Shown one piece after another: positions 54,811 through 64,000 of a stretch of DNA of 64,000 nucleotides (its first letter is position 1; each line of letters starts with the position of its first letter). The stretch lies in sequence record PP430345. The stretch is one strand, 5' to 3'. This stretch comes from Escherichia phage vB_EcoM-LTH01. The notes beneath the pieces were generated by a model. It was given only the letters and a program-made list of their open reading frames with translations. It had not been told where the DNA came from and searched no databases. The position numbers and the translations under genes are program-made.

Positions 54811-54889
54811 GTTTACACTCCTGTGTCCACTTTGTTAATATAAATATGTCCATAGCGTGAGAAGGGCCTCATCCTTGAGGCTCACGTAA

Positions 54890-55372
54890 TTATTGATCCA
54901 GTCCGAGTATTCCACCGATACCAGCAGCAACGCCTTGAATCTGATCAGCGCTCAACTGTGCATCGACTACGCCAATTTCCCAGTCCATCTGACCTACTTC
55001 AGAACCGTAGGTCAGGTCTGGTTGACGTTGAATCCATCCGAAGGTGTTCAGAGATAGACCCTGAGAACCTTCAATCTGAATCGGGAAGTAAACAAGTCCG
55101 GTAAGACGGGCTTGCAACTGCCATTGAGAGAGATAACCGTTCCATACAGAGGTATTCTGCAAAGAGATGGTCACTACGCCGGAGTTATCACGGACGATAG
55201 CAGAACTCACTTCACCATCTACACCCGACAGCGGAGTAATGTTATCATTGTTACGAGAAACAACGACTTTCGTATCAGCGGCGAATCCAGAAACACGTTG
55301 ACCACCGATAAAGATCAGGACTTTGGCTGGGTCATACGCCTGGAGACTAATTAACTTAGGATTCAGTGCCAT
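54890..55372 (-). CDS. putative tail tube protein (160 aa)
   Basis: Size and position directly downstream of the putative sheath gene and upstream of the chaperones. Confidence 0.5.
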   Translation of the reverse strand: MALNPKLISLQAYDPAKVLIFIGGQRVSGFAADTKVVVSRNNDNITPLSGVDGEVSSAIVRDNSGVVTISLQNTSVWNGYLSQWQLQARLTGLVYFPIQIEGSQGLSLNTFGWIQRQPDLTYGSEVGQMDWEIGVVDAQLSADQIQGVAAGIGGILGLDQ

Positions 55373-55375
55373 CTA

Positions 55376-56791
55376 TTACACCCCTACAGAAGAAGTAGTG
55401 AAAGAAGTCTGAGTGCTTTGGGTCGTAGTTTGAGGACGATCCAGAACAACAGCAGCGCGAATTTTAACGTAGTGCAGGGAGTTGTTGTAAACTACTTCAA
55501 CTTTAACATCACGCAGGATACGGTTAGCCAAGTCGTTGCTTGGAATTTCAGCACGACGAGGAATAGTAATGATTGGATCGTAGCTCACACGGTTCACTGT
55601 ATCATAACCAGTCAGAATACCACCGTTACGAATACCGATGTTGATTGGATTATTGAACAGGATAGAACGCAGAACCGGAAGATCTTCATCACTCATCTTC
55701 ATGGACTGGCCTTGATCAGAACGACGCTTCATGTATCCGAATACAGATTCTTCCATGCGGAATTTCAGCCAATGGGAGAAACGAATAACGTCAACATACT
55801 GACCGCTGGAGGTACGACCTTCGATGTAGCTGTTAGTGCCGTACATTGCACGATAGATGTTTGCGTTACGTCCCCAAGCGTTGCTACGCTGAGTTTCGGA
55901 GATGGTAGAAGGCTTCATGCCAGGCATTGTCTTCAGGTGAATAGAGTCACCGTAAGAAGGATCGTTGGCAGCCATTGCACCGATAACAGAACCTTCGGTG
56001 AATTCTACATCCGCTTCTTTGTCGTAAGTACCCAGAGAGTTGTAACCCAGAGCTTTCAGTGTATCAAACACGGAAGCGCTTTGGTTAGCTGCTGCCAGAG
56101 CATCGCTGTCACTGGAATTATATACGTGCAGTTTATAATTGGCTTGTGCAAATTCAGCCGCTGCAACGATATCTGCATCAGAACGTTGTTCGTGAGACAG
56201 GAAGTACCAGTTGTGGTTTTCAGCAAGTACCTGCGGAAGAACAGTTGCAACAGTTTCAACAGAGGTGTTTACAATCTTGTAATTACCTTCGCCTTTTCCT
56301 ACGCTGATAATTTCTGCGGATTGTACAACAACGACGACACCACCTTCAACAGTTGCAGTAACGCGACCAGCCAAATCCGCATCGTTGTTAATGCCTTCTG
56401 CCAGAGCGGTTGCGATCTGACCAGGGGTGTTTCCAACGTTAACCAAAATGGTGATTGCTTTAACAACCTTATTGATGGTAATATTTACAACAACACGTTC
56501 GGTATTGGTAGTGCCAGTAAAGTCGATTCGAGAACCCGACATAGACATACGACCAATAGCCACCAGTTGCGGAGCAAAAGAACCGCCAAATGCATTGGAT
56601 GCAAACTGATGCGCTGCGGAACCAACTGCAAATCCATCACCAACCAGACTTTCCAAAGACCCGTACAGACGGAGACGTTCAGGGAAGTTGTTGTGTACTG
56701 CTAAGAACATTGGGGTTTCAAACCCTACGGTATCAATAGGTTGAGTGCCAAGAGTTACCTCGACGTCAACTACCTTATCTTCATAAGCCAT
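55376..56791 (-). CDS. putative contractile tail sheath protein (471 aa)
   Basis: Size and gene order (sheath, tube, chaperone pair, tape measure); AGAGGA ribosome-binding site. Confidence 0.55.
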   Translation of the reverse strand: MAYEDKVVDVEVTLGTQPIDTVGFETPMFLAVHNNFPERLRLYGSLESLVGDGFAVGSAAHQFASNAFGGSFAPQLVAIGRMSMSGSRIDFTGTTNTERVVVNITINKVVKAITILVNVGNTPGQIATALAEGINNDADLAGRVTATVEGGVVVVVQSAEIISVGKGEGNYKIVNTSVETVATVLPQVLAENHNWYFLSHEQRSDADIVAAAEFAQANYKLHVYNSSDSDALAAANQSASVFDTLKALGYNSLGTYDKEADVEFTEGSVIGAMAANDPSYGDSIHLKTMPGMKPSTISETQRSNAWGRNANIYRAMYGTNSYIEGRTSSGQYVDVIRFSHWLKFRMEESVFGYMKRRSDQGQSMKMSDEDLPVLRSILFNNPINIGIRNGGILTGYDTVNRVSYDPIITIPRRAEIPSNDLANRILRDVKVEVVYNNSLHYVKIRAAVVLDRPQTTTQSTQTSFTTSSVGV

Positions 56792-56902
56792 GTTTATCCT
56801 CTGCTTCTAGACGATTATTGACTAGCACCGGAAGTGCCAATTGATTAGGGGCCGAAGCCCCTCATTTGTCACTGATAAGCGTGGGCCTATCAATAACCGG
56901 AT

Positions 56903-57562
56903 TTACTTCTCGTTTACAGTAACGATAGTATCGATGTAAGTGAAAGGAATATCCGGTTCTGGCGGGATACTAGGACCATCACCACCTGGTTTGACGTTGA
57001 TATCGATAAGGGCTTCATTTTCGATCTTGTTTCCAGAGGGATCTGAAACACTAGTGTCGATAATGATGCTTTCGATATTTTCAAACTGACCGAAGTCACT
57101 TTCAACGAATGTAACGTTAAAGGTAATCAGTACCCTTGCCCTGTTTTCGTAATATTGCTCATTAAGGGGAATTCTTAATCTTGCAATAGAAGAAGTGGAC
57201 GAGTAAGCATAAGGTGATCCGACAGGGAAGTATTTATCTCTTATCCATGCAAGGCTCAATGCCTGATGAAAACGAGTCAATGCCCAGTGAGGTTTTCCAC
57301 GATATGCGGTGAGTGTGTATGTTGCAGTGTAGTTGTGAACAGTGTGGGTGATACCATTCTCAACAATCTGATTTGTTTCCCAATCGAGAGGGCTTAAATC
57401 TGATAGGTCTACGAGGATGAATGGTCCCTCAACTTTAGGGATTGTTTCACCAGCTTCAACCACCTTGTAAGTGGTTACGTCTTTCAAGAGACGACCGATA
57501 ACCTTTGTGAGATTGCCCATAATCTCGTCGGAGTTTGTAAACTCATTAGGCAATTGATCCAT
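56903..57562 (-). CDS. putative neck / tail completion protein (219 aa)
   Basis: ORF upstream of the sheath gene. Confidence 0.45.
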   Translation of the reverse strand: MDQLPNEFTNSDEIMGNLTKVIGRLLKDVTTYKVVEAGETIPKVEGPFILVDLSDLSPLDWETNQIVENGITHTVHNYTATYTLTAYRGKPHWALTRFHQALSLAWIRDKYFPVGSPYAYSSTSSIARLRIPLNEQYYENRARVLITFNVTFVESDFGQFENIESIIIDTSVSDPSGNKIENEALIDINVKPGGDGPSIPPEPDIPFTYIDTIVTVNEK

Positions 57563-58002
57563 TATAATCCACCCTCTGTTCCAACAGGTACAGCGATCAG
57601 ATAGTAACGATATCTCATGTTGCCTGCACTTGGATAACGGTCAGCTTTCATTACTGTAAACCAACTGTTCTCACCAACAGAATTGGGAAGCCACAATTGA
57701 TCAGAAAGTTTATCCGTTCCTTCTTGTGCACGATACAATACAGTTTCTGAATACACAGTATAGGAGTCGTAATCTTCCTCACCTGCTGTAGTCAGTTGGT
57801 TGTTTTGATCACGAAGCGCTTTGCCTCGGATTGGTTGAATGACACACTCAACAGCCGTGAATGGTGTGTATTCAATTTCCAGACCACCGTTGTCGAATGG
57901 GTCATCCAAATCAACCTTTTTATAAGAACGTCTGCGACCTTCAACCTCGATACGAGGGATAAGCTGGTTGCGACGACTTAACAATAAATAGCCACGAGAC
58001 AT
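57562..58002 (-). CDS. putative neck protein (146 aa)
   Basis: ORF with overlapping stop/start. Confidence 0.45.
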   Translation of the reverse strand: MSRGYLLLSRRNQLIPRIEVEGRRRSYKKVDLDDPFDNGGLEIEYTPFTAVECVIQPIRGKALRDQNNQLTTAGEEDYDSYTVYSETVLYRAQEGTDKLSDQLWLPNSVGENSWFTVMKADRYPSAGNMRYRYYLIAVPVGTEGGL

Positions 58003-58011
58003 TATGCCTCC

Positions 58012-58473
58012 TTAGTCTTTCGTAAGAGGAACAATCTTAAACTTCGCTGCATCTGAAAGATCGCCGTAATGGATCATTGCATCACTGAATCCTTTATAGC
58101 TCGCCCATGCAGTGGATACTCGGTTATTGGAGAACGTACCTTGATCAATTGTAAAACGAATGCTGTCAGCGTAGTCCTTACCGATTTTCTTGAGTGCAGG
58201 GCTATATGACTTACCTTTCAGCAAATCATCATTAAGCCTTTTGAGGTTCTTGATGAGTCCACCGCGATAATGAATCGAAGTAGAAAGCATGAAGTTACGT
58301 TCAGGAAGATTGTTCCATCCTAATTCGTGAATTGCTGCAAGAGTCGCCATATTTAGACCAGAATAGTGAGCCTCATCAAAGAAGCCCACCTCAATCTCTT
58401 TTGTTTCCAATTCAGAGAGTTGGTCGAAATAGTGATCCATGACAGAAAAATCAACTGTTGATGTTTTCTTCAC
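58012..58473 (-). CDS. putative neck / head-tail joining protein (153 aa)
   Basis: ORF. Confidence 0.45.
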   Translation of the reverse strand: MKKTSTVDFSVMDHYFDQLSELETKEIEVGFFDEAHYSGLNMATLAAIHELGWNNLPERNFMLSTSIHYRGGLIKNLKRLNDDLLKGKSYSPALKKIGKDYADSIRFTIDQGTFSNNRVSTAWASYKGFSDAMIHYGDLSDAAKFKIVPLTKD

Positions 58474-58536
58474 GGTTATTTCTCCATGAAAGTTATTTTA
58501 CCACAATAGATGAGCAAAAGCAACAAAGTCAAAGCT

Positions 58537-59094
58537 TTAGTTGACCATCCAAGGATTACGCTTTCTTACACCAGTTCTTGTACCCACAGCAGGGAAAATA
58601 CCTGGTTCCATGAATCCATTGAAGGAATCCCGATTTCTTTTAACTCTCGCAAATTCACCATTCCTTGTTCCACCGATAATGATCAAACCGAGGCCAGAAC
58701 CTACGGCGTTGTCTTTAAGGCACGGGTCAATATACTCAGGATGCTCAGTCAACCAGTCGAGAAAGTCTTGCCAGTTTCCAGAGTTAGACCCGTATTTCAC
58801 AGATATGGTTTCATCGCCAACTTTTTCGAATCGTTCACGAATTGAAGAAGCACCACTTGAAACTTCCTGAACAATAAGCCAACGTACACAATCAAGAACG
58901 GTATTGTAAAGAATGATGGAGAACTGATCCGGCCTGTTTTCTAGGTCGTAACAAATCTTCCATTTATTATAGAAAAACAGAATCATGCTGTCAGGCATTT
59001 CATCTTCAGTAAGTCCACCTAAAAAGTTACGGACAAGTTGTACTACTTCTTCATCAGTCATGTTATCCTCCAGTGTATTAAAACATATTATCAC
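58537..59094 (-). CDS. putative head-tail connector-associated protein (185 aa)
   Basis: ORF. Confidence 0.45.
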   Translation of the reverse strand: MIICFNTLEDNMTDEEVVQLVRNFLGGLTEDEMPDSMILFFYNKWKICYDLENRPDQFSIILYNTVLDCVRWLIVQEVSSGASSIRERFEKVGDETISVKYGSNSGNWQDFLDWLTEHPEYIDPCLKDNAVGSGLGLIIIGGTRNGEFARVKRNRDSFNGFMEPGIFPAVGTRTGVRKRNPWMVN

Positions 59095-59153
59095 AAAATA
59101 AAGAGAAAGTCATTTGTATAAAAATAAAGCCACCCGAAGGTGGCCTTATACAT

Positions 59154-60851
59154 TTAATAGACATTACCGGTTTGAATAGTTTGTGTAGCTCCGTCAAAAA
59201 TACAAATAGAATATATTGACAATCTCCCACCTGTGTCACTTGAAGAAGATTTATTCATCGTTGCTGTTATCCAAACCCTCCAACAACTTCCGTCGTTATT
59301 GTCTGTAACAACAAGGTGCATTGTATCTGGATACCCTACAGTCGCCGACGCATTTTCAACATAAGCAACAGTATTGCTCAATGTTGCATTACTTACCCTC
59401 CCTGTTTTTATTCTATTAATATCCGTGTAGTTAGCCGTCAAGTACCATCCAAAATTTATTTGTCTGGAAGAAGACGATGTTCCTGCGGAGAAACCTACCT
59501 TAACTTGACTAGCCAAACCTGCGGCGTCAATAATAAGCCTTACATTACCATTATTAGTACCGGGTAAAGGTAACCACATTTTTTTAGTCCCAGTAGGTGT
59601 ATTATAAACCCCAGCTAAGGTAGGAGTAGCAGCTGGACCTACATCTCCTTTATCCCCTTTGTCCCCTTTCTCGCCCTTAGGACCTTGAGGGCCTATCATA
59701 CCTGCCGGACCTTGTGGTCCAATAGCACCTGTCTCCCCCTGAGGGCCAGTCGGACCCCTGATACCCTGAGGGCCAGCTATGCCTTGAGTGCCTTGAGGGC
59801 CTGCTGGGCCGATATCTCCTTTATCTCCCTTAGGACCTTGCGGACCCTCTGGGCCAGTTGGTCCTGCATCACCCTTCACTCCCTGGGGACCTTGTGGACC
59901 TTGAGGACCAGTCGGACCTATATTACCTTGAGGGCCAGTTGGACCCGTTGCACCAATTGGACCTTGAGGACCTTCAGGGCCTGCTGGACCTTCAGCGCCT
60001 ATATCCCCTTTAGGTCCTTGTGGTCCCATAGGACCCTGAGGTCCTTCAGCACCTTGATCACCTTTGGGACCAACAGCGCCTGCAATCCCCTGAATACCCT
60101 GGGGACCCTGAGGGCCTGTTGGCCCTTGTTCCCCCCTTGCACCTTGATCACCTTTTGGACCCTGCGGTCCTTGTGGACCTGTTGGCCCTTGAGATCCTTC
60201 TAAGGCTAAGATAACCCAATCTTCATTTGTACCAGGTTCTGAGCCAATACTGGCAGAACTGGCAAAATACGTTGAACCATTGTAAGAAACCGAATCATTT
60301 TCAGAATAAGATTCCTCAGCGTCCCAAGTACCTTTGAAAGTCAAACCAGCAGGGCCAACCTCACCTTTTTCCCCTTTAGGGCCTGTAAGTCCGATCGGTC
60401 CTTGCGGACCTTCTGCTCCAGTCTCACCCTTAGGACCTTCAGGGCCAACAAGTCCCTGAGGACCTTGCTCACCTTTTTGTCCTTGTGGCCCTTGCGGACC
60501 CATAGGTCCTTGAGGGCCAACAATACCAGCTGCCCCCGCTATACCTGCGGGACCTTGTTCTCCTTTATCACCCTTAGGACCTGTAAGGCCACGGACACCT
60601 TCATCTCCTTTGGGACCAATAGGACCTTGCGGTCCAATATCCCCTTTTGGACCCTGAGGGCCAGCAGGTCCAACTGGACCTTGTTCTCCCTGAGGTCCGC
60701 GAGGACCAGTGTTACCAACATCACCTTGTTCTCCGACACGGGAAAACAAATCTTTAAACAAATACCTCTTTCTTGCATTAAGATCGTAAACGGCAGTCCC
60801 GAAATAAACCCCGCTGTGATCTCCCGTAATACCTTTAGCTGTAGAAGGCAT
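59154..60851 (-). CDS. collagen-like fibre protein (565 aa) with an embedded carbohydrate-binding-like module and a C-terminal globular domain
   Basis: Long Gly-X-Y tracts ([20 protein letters not shown]...), interrupted by [39 protein letters not shown] (W...Y..GD.V.YNG..Y...W pattern), then ~150 aa without collagen repeats. Confidence 0.7.
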   Translation of the reverse strand: MPSTAKGITGDHSGVYFGTAVYDLNARKRYLFKDLFSRVGEQGDVGNTGPRGPQGEQGPVGPAGPQGPKGDIGPQGPIGPKGDEGVRGLTGPKGDKGEQGPAGIAGAAGIVGPQGPMGPQGPQGQKGEQGPQGLVGPEGPKGETGAEGPQGPIGLTGPKGEKGEVGPAGLTFKGTWDAEESYSENDSVSYNGSTYFASSASIGSEPGTNEDWVILALEGSQGPTGPQGPQGPKGDQGARGEQGPTGPQGPQGIQGIAGAVGPKGDQGAEGPQGPMGPQGPKGDIGAEGPAGPEGPQGPIGATGPTGPQGNIGPTGPQGPQGPQGVKGDAGPTGPEGPQGPKGDKGDIGPAGPQGTQGIAGPQGIRGPTGPQGETGAIGPQGPAGMIGPQGPKGEKGDKGDKGDVGPAATPTLAGVYNTPTGTKKMWLPLPGTNNGNVRLIIDAAGLASQVKVGFSAGTSSSSRQINFGWYLTANYTDINRIKTGRVSNATLSNTVAYVENASATVGYPDTMHLVVTDNNDGSCWRVWITATMNKSSSSDTGGRLSIYSICIFDGATQTIQTGNVY

Positions 60852-60863
60852 AGATTACTCCTA

Positions 60864-61502
60864 TTAAACAGTGCGGAAAGATTCAGGTACGGAAGGAAGT
60901 TCTTCAATATTTTTTGCAATATTCACTTCTTTAATAAAAGTCCCCATATTATTGTAACTTTCTACATAAACGGAGATTATTTCTTTGATAAGTTCGATTA
61001 CATCTAGACGAAGATGCTCGATCACTTTATTATCATAAGTTAACAGACTAAATAATTGATCGTCTTCAGCCAGTTCTGCAACAGAAAGAATGGAGTGATA
61101 AAGAGACAGTGAATTTGAATCTACAGAATAGAAACTACCATCAACCTCTACGCCGCCCATGTTTTCATTTTCGAAATTAGATTTGGCAGAGTAGATTAAT
61201 TGTTCTTTTTCACGAGTCAAGTTATCAGCTAACTCTTCCTCGGTAAAATCCCTAACGTTCCAAGTTCTGTACCAGAAACCGTCTTCTCGCAATTCTGGAA
61301 GTCCTTCCGTCACAACATCCCCTTGCGGCATCGGTACATCATAAACCGCATGATATCCAACTTCAGCCATACCGACAGCGTAAACAAAGCTACCAATAGA
61401 TACGTTAGGATATTCAGCACGGTAGTCGGCCAGGTATACCGGATAACGCATGTCAGACATGCGGATCATGGGGGTCCAGCCATAAATCTTATCGATCACC
61501 AT
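60864..61502 (-). CDS. hypothetical protein (212 aa) between the two collagen-like genes
   Basis: ORF. Confidence 0.55.
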   Translation of the reverse strand: MVIDKIYGWTPMIRMSDMRYPVYLADYRAEYPNVSIGSFVYAVGMAEVGYHAVYDVPMPQGDVVTEGLPELREDGFWYRTWNVRDFTEEELADNLTREKEQLIYSAKSNFENENMGGVEVDGSFYSVDSNSLSLYHSILSVAELAEDDQLFSLLTYDNKVIEHLRLDVIELIKEIISVYVESYNNMGTFIKEVNIAKNIEELPSVPESFRTV

Positions 61503-61509
61503 ATTAATT

Positions 61510-61540
61510 CCTTTCTGAAAGAGGGGGCCTAAGCCCCCAT
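61510..61540 (-). terminator. GC hairpin GGGGGC-N4-GCCCCC, possible attenuator
   Basis: Same hairpin family as at 51572 and 56847; weak U-tract. Confidence 0.35.
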
Positions 61541-61547
61541 TTAAAAA

Positions 61548-64000
61548 TTAACCTATAGTCATTGCTTGAGTACCCGTCAGGAACTCACCATCCCAGAACA
61601 AGGTCAGGATAGTGCGAGTAGCCCCGAGAGTAGGTGCTGTTCCGTTAGACCAAGCGATCTGGCTATCCCAGTTAATCTGACCACCGTTACCAGTGAATCG
61701 TAAGACTATGGTTTTAGCCCTTCCTGCTGGCAATCCGGTGATGACTAAGGATTTGTTGGTAGTCCCATCTAAAGTCCAAGCGTTACCTGTGCTTGCATCA
61801 ATTGCCCCTGTAGAAGCAACAACACGCAAATCGTACTGGTCCAGCTTAACCCATGCGCCGTTTTCACGAACATAGAACCCACCTTCCAGCGGTGCTTCCA
61901 GAACTGGAACCGTCAATGTAGACCAAGCACCATCTTTACGGACGTACTGGTTACCATCACGAGGTGCTTCCAGAACTTCTGCGGTAGGCAGTTCAGTCCA
62001 ATCACCGTCGGTACGGACATACAGCTTTCCGTCCCCTGGTGCGTCATACACGTTACCACCACCTAAGAATCCGAGCAGTGCCCAGTTCGTTGCGGAAGTT
62101 TTACGGTAATATTCCAGAGTGGAAGAGTTCAGGTACAAATCGTTAAGACGACCATCGCTAACCATCGGTGCACGAGGGAAAACAACCCACAATGTACCTT
62201 GATCACCTTTAGCACCTGTCGGACCAGAAGGGCCTTGCGGACCTTGGTTACCCGTTGGACCAACTGGTCCTACTGGACCTTGGATACGTCCTAAGTTTTC
62301 GTATGCTGCACCAGTCCAACCCCAGAAGTCACCTTGGATAAGATAACCTTGACCCAAAGTACCAGTTGAAGGTAATTCATCAGAGGTATCAAATCGACCA
62401 ATGATCTCTACACCAGGACCAATATCTCCCTGAGGACCTTGCTCACCCTGTGGGCCTTGGTCGCCTTGTGGTCCTACTTCACCACGTTCACCCTGAGGAC
62501 CTTGCTCCCCTTGTGGCCCTGTGGCTCCAGTATCACCTTTGTCACCTTTAGCGCCAGTCAATCCCTGAGGGCCCTGAGTACCCTGAGGACCTTGCTCCCC
62601 TTGTGGGCCACGGGCAACCCCAGCCTCTACAAAAGCAGTTCCGTCGAAAGCGTAACCGATCCCAGTGTCGTCTGTGACATAGAAATCACCTACAGCACCA
62701 GTTTGAGGAAGGTCTGCTTGAGATGGTACAGTTCCTTTAGGGATCAGGCCAGAGCCAACATCCCCCTTGTCGCCTTTGTCTCCTTTTGCACCAGTTTCAC
62801 CAGCAGGTCCTTGTGGTCCTTGGTCACCCGTAGAACCTTTCTCACCTTGTGGACCTTGAGGACCAACTTCTCCTTGAGGGCCGACCTCACCCTGCGGTCC
62901 GCGAACGGTTCCGGCAGAAACGAATTCCACGCCATCCCAAGCGTAACCGATCCCAGTGTCTTCAGCTACGTAGAAGTCACCTAATTCAGCAGTAGAAGGA
63001 AGTTCAGCGGAGGTTGCAACCAAACCTTTCAGCTTCAGTGCATCACCTGCGTCGCCTTTGTCTCCTTTGTCTCCTTTCTCACCAGTGTCGCCTTTGTCGC
63101 CCTTCAGACCCTGAGGTCCACGAGTAAGACCAGTCAGTACCCATGCAGTGCCATCCCAAGCATAACCATTACCTTCAGACTCTACAACGTAGAAGTCACC
63201 AGTGGTGGCATCGGCAGGAAGTGCTTCTTGAGTTGCAACAATACCACGAGCAACGATACCAATTCCAGTATCACCCTTATCACCCTTATCGCCCTTGTCA
63301 CCTTTTTCGCCAGTCTCACCCTGTGGACCAATACCACCTTGTGGACCAGTCTCACCTTGGGGGCCAGCAGGACCTTGTGCCCCTGTTGCACCCTGCGGTC
63401 CTTGTGCACCAGTCAGACCAATAGGACCTTGTGGACCTTGTGGTCCTACATCCCCTTGGGGACCTTTGATGTTACCAACGTTAGTCCACTGACCGCCAGT
63501 AAAGATATAAAGATCAGCTTCAATCAGATAAGCATCACCTTCACTAATACCAGTCTGAGGCAATTGGTCTTCGGAAGCTACTGAGCCAAGGATATTCAGA
63601 CCCGCACCAACAGGACCTTGTTCACCTTGTGGACCAGTTAATCCACGAGGGCCAGTTGCACCCACGTCACCTTTTTCACCCTTCAAGGTTGCAAGGTATT
63701 CATTAACTGAACCTTCGAAACCGTTAGCAACCGCGATAGTGTAGTTGTCGTCTCCTTTATCGCCTTTATCGCCTTTGTCCCCTTTATCGCCTTTATCACC
63801 CTTAGCACCAACTGGGCCTTGTGGGCCTTGGAAAGATCCCAAATCTTCCCAGTTACCAGTACCATCAGAAACGAAGACATTAGTTCCGATCAGGTAAGCA
63901 TCACCCGCATCAGCACCTGCTGGCAAACTTGCTTCATCGGCAACAGAACCTAAGATATTAATAGCGTTAGCATTCTTACCGTCAACACCAGGTTCACCCT
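61548..64000 (-). CDS. collagen-like modular fibre protein, 5'-partial (N-terminus lies beyond the window end)
   Basis: Frame stays open to position 64000; at least five repeats of a ~25-aa module (LP.TG..GD.Y......Y.W.G..W...G...GP.G) alternating with Gly-X-Y tracts; non-collagen C-terminal domain. Confidence 0.7.
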   Translation of the reverse strand, partial: GEPGVDGKNANAINILGSVADEASLPAGADAGDAYLIGTNVFVSDGTGNWEDLGSFQGPQGPVGAKGDKGDKGDKGDKGDKGDDNYTIAVANGFEGSVNEYLATLKGEKGDVGATGPRGLTGPQGEQGPVGAGLNILGSVASEDQLPQTGISEGDAYLIEADLYIFTGGQWTNVGNIKGPQGDVGPQGPQGPIGLTGAQGPQGATGAQGPAGPQGETGPQGGIGPQGETGEKGDKGDKGDKGDTGIGIVARGIVATQEALPADATTGDFYVVESEGNGYAWDGTAWVLTGLTRGPQGLKGDKGDTGEKGDKGDKGDAGDALKLKGLVATSAELPSTAELGDFYVAEDTGIGYAWDGVEFVSAGTVRGPQGEVGPQGEVGPQGPQGEKGSTGDQGPQGPAGETGAKGDKGDKGDVGSGLIPKGTVPSQADLPQTGAVGDFYVTDDTGIGYAFDGTAFVEAGVARGPQGEQGPQGTQGPQGLTGAKGDKGDTGATGPQGEQGPQGERGEVGPQGDQGPQGEQGPQGDIGPGVEIIGRFDTSDELPSTGTLGQGYLIQGDFWGWTGAAYENLGRIQGPVGPVGPTGNQGPQGPSGPTGAKGDQGTLWVVFPRAPMVSDGRLNDLYLNSSTLEYYRKTSATNWALLGFLGGGNVYDAPGDGKLYVRTDGDWTELPTAEVLEAPRDGNQYVRKDGAWSTLTVPVLEAPLEGGFYVRENGAWVKLDQYDLRVVASTGAIDASTGNAWTLDGTTNKSLVITGLPAGRAKTIVLRFTGNGGQINWDSQIAWSNGTAPTLGATRTILTLFWDGEFLTGTQAMTIG

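Noticed and set aside
55418-56704. 428-aa ORF on the plus strand
   Set aside because: Antisense shadow of the minus-strand sheath gene; no ribosome-binding site, and the region is otherwise a co-directional minus operon.
59685-63584. Several plus-strand and alternative-frame ORFs inside the collagen-like genes (59685-60203, 60402-61007, 62439-62984, 63143-63584 and others)
   Set aside because: Gly-X-Y coding DNA is open in several frames; only the minus-strand frame giving continuous Gly-X-Y collagen repeats and the modular domains is coherent.

Overview
This window reads as a 64-kb segment of a tailed dsDNA phage with a contractile (myovirus-type) tail; no integrase or repressor was recognised, so it is probably a virulent phage (inference). 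It has three transcription blocks. (1) 705-9014, minus strand: accessory genes including a MoxR-like AAA+ ATPase paired with a metallopeptidase/VWA protein and an HD-domain (p)ppGpp-hydrolase-like protein. (2) 9135-38034, plus strand: about 70 tightly packed early/replication genes, including a secreted SleB-like cell-wall hydrolase, a Dda/PIF1-like helicase, a T7-type primase-helicase, a minimal C5-methyltransferase-like protein next to a possible GHKL-like ATPase, a family A DNA polymerase interrupted by a group I intron carrying an HNH homing endonuclease, a tandem triplicated small-gene family, and an SSB ending in DDDIPF. (3) 38083-64000, minus strand: the structural module, with two collagen-like fibre proteins, neck genes, sheath, tube, frameshifted tail chaperones, tape measure, baseplate genes, a collar/BIG2 tail fibre with its assembly protein, three small membrane proteins and a 1077-aa fibre. 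A repeat-rich non-coding region occupies 1-700. All calls rest on reading the sequence and ORF translations by eye; no database search or folding was run.
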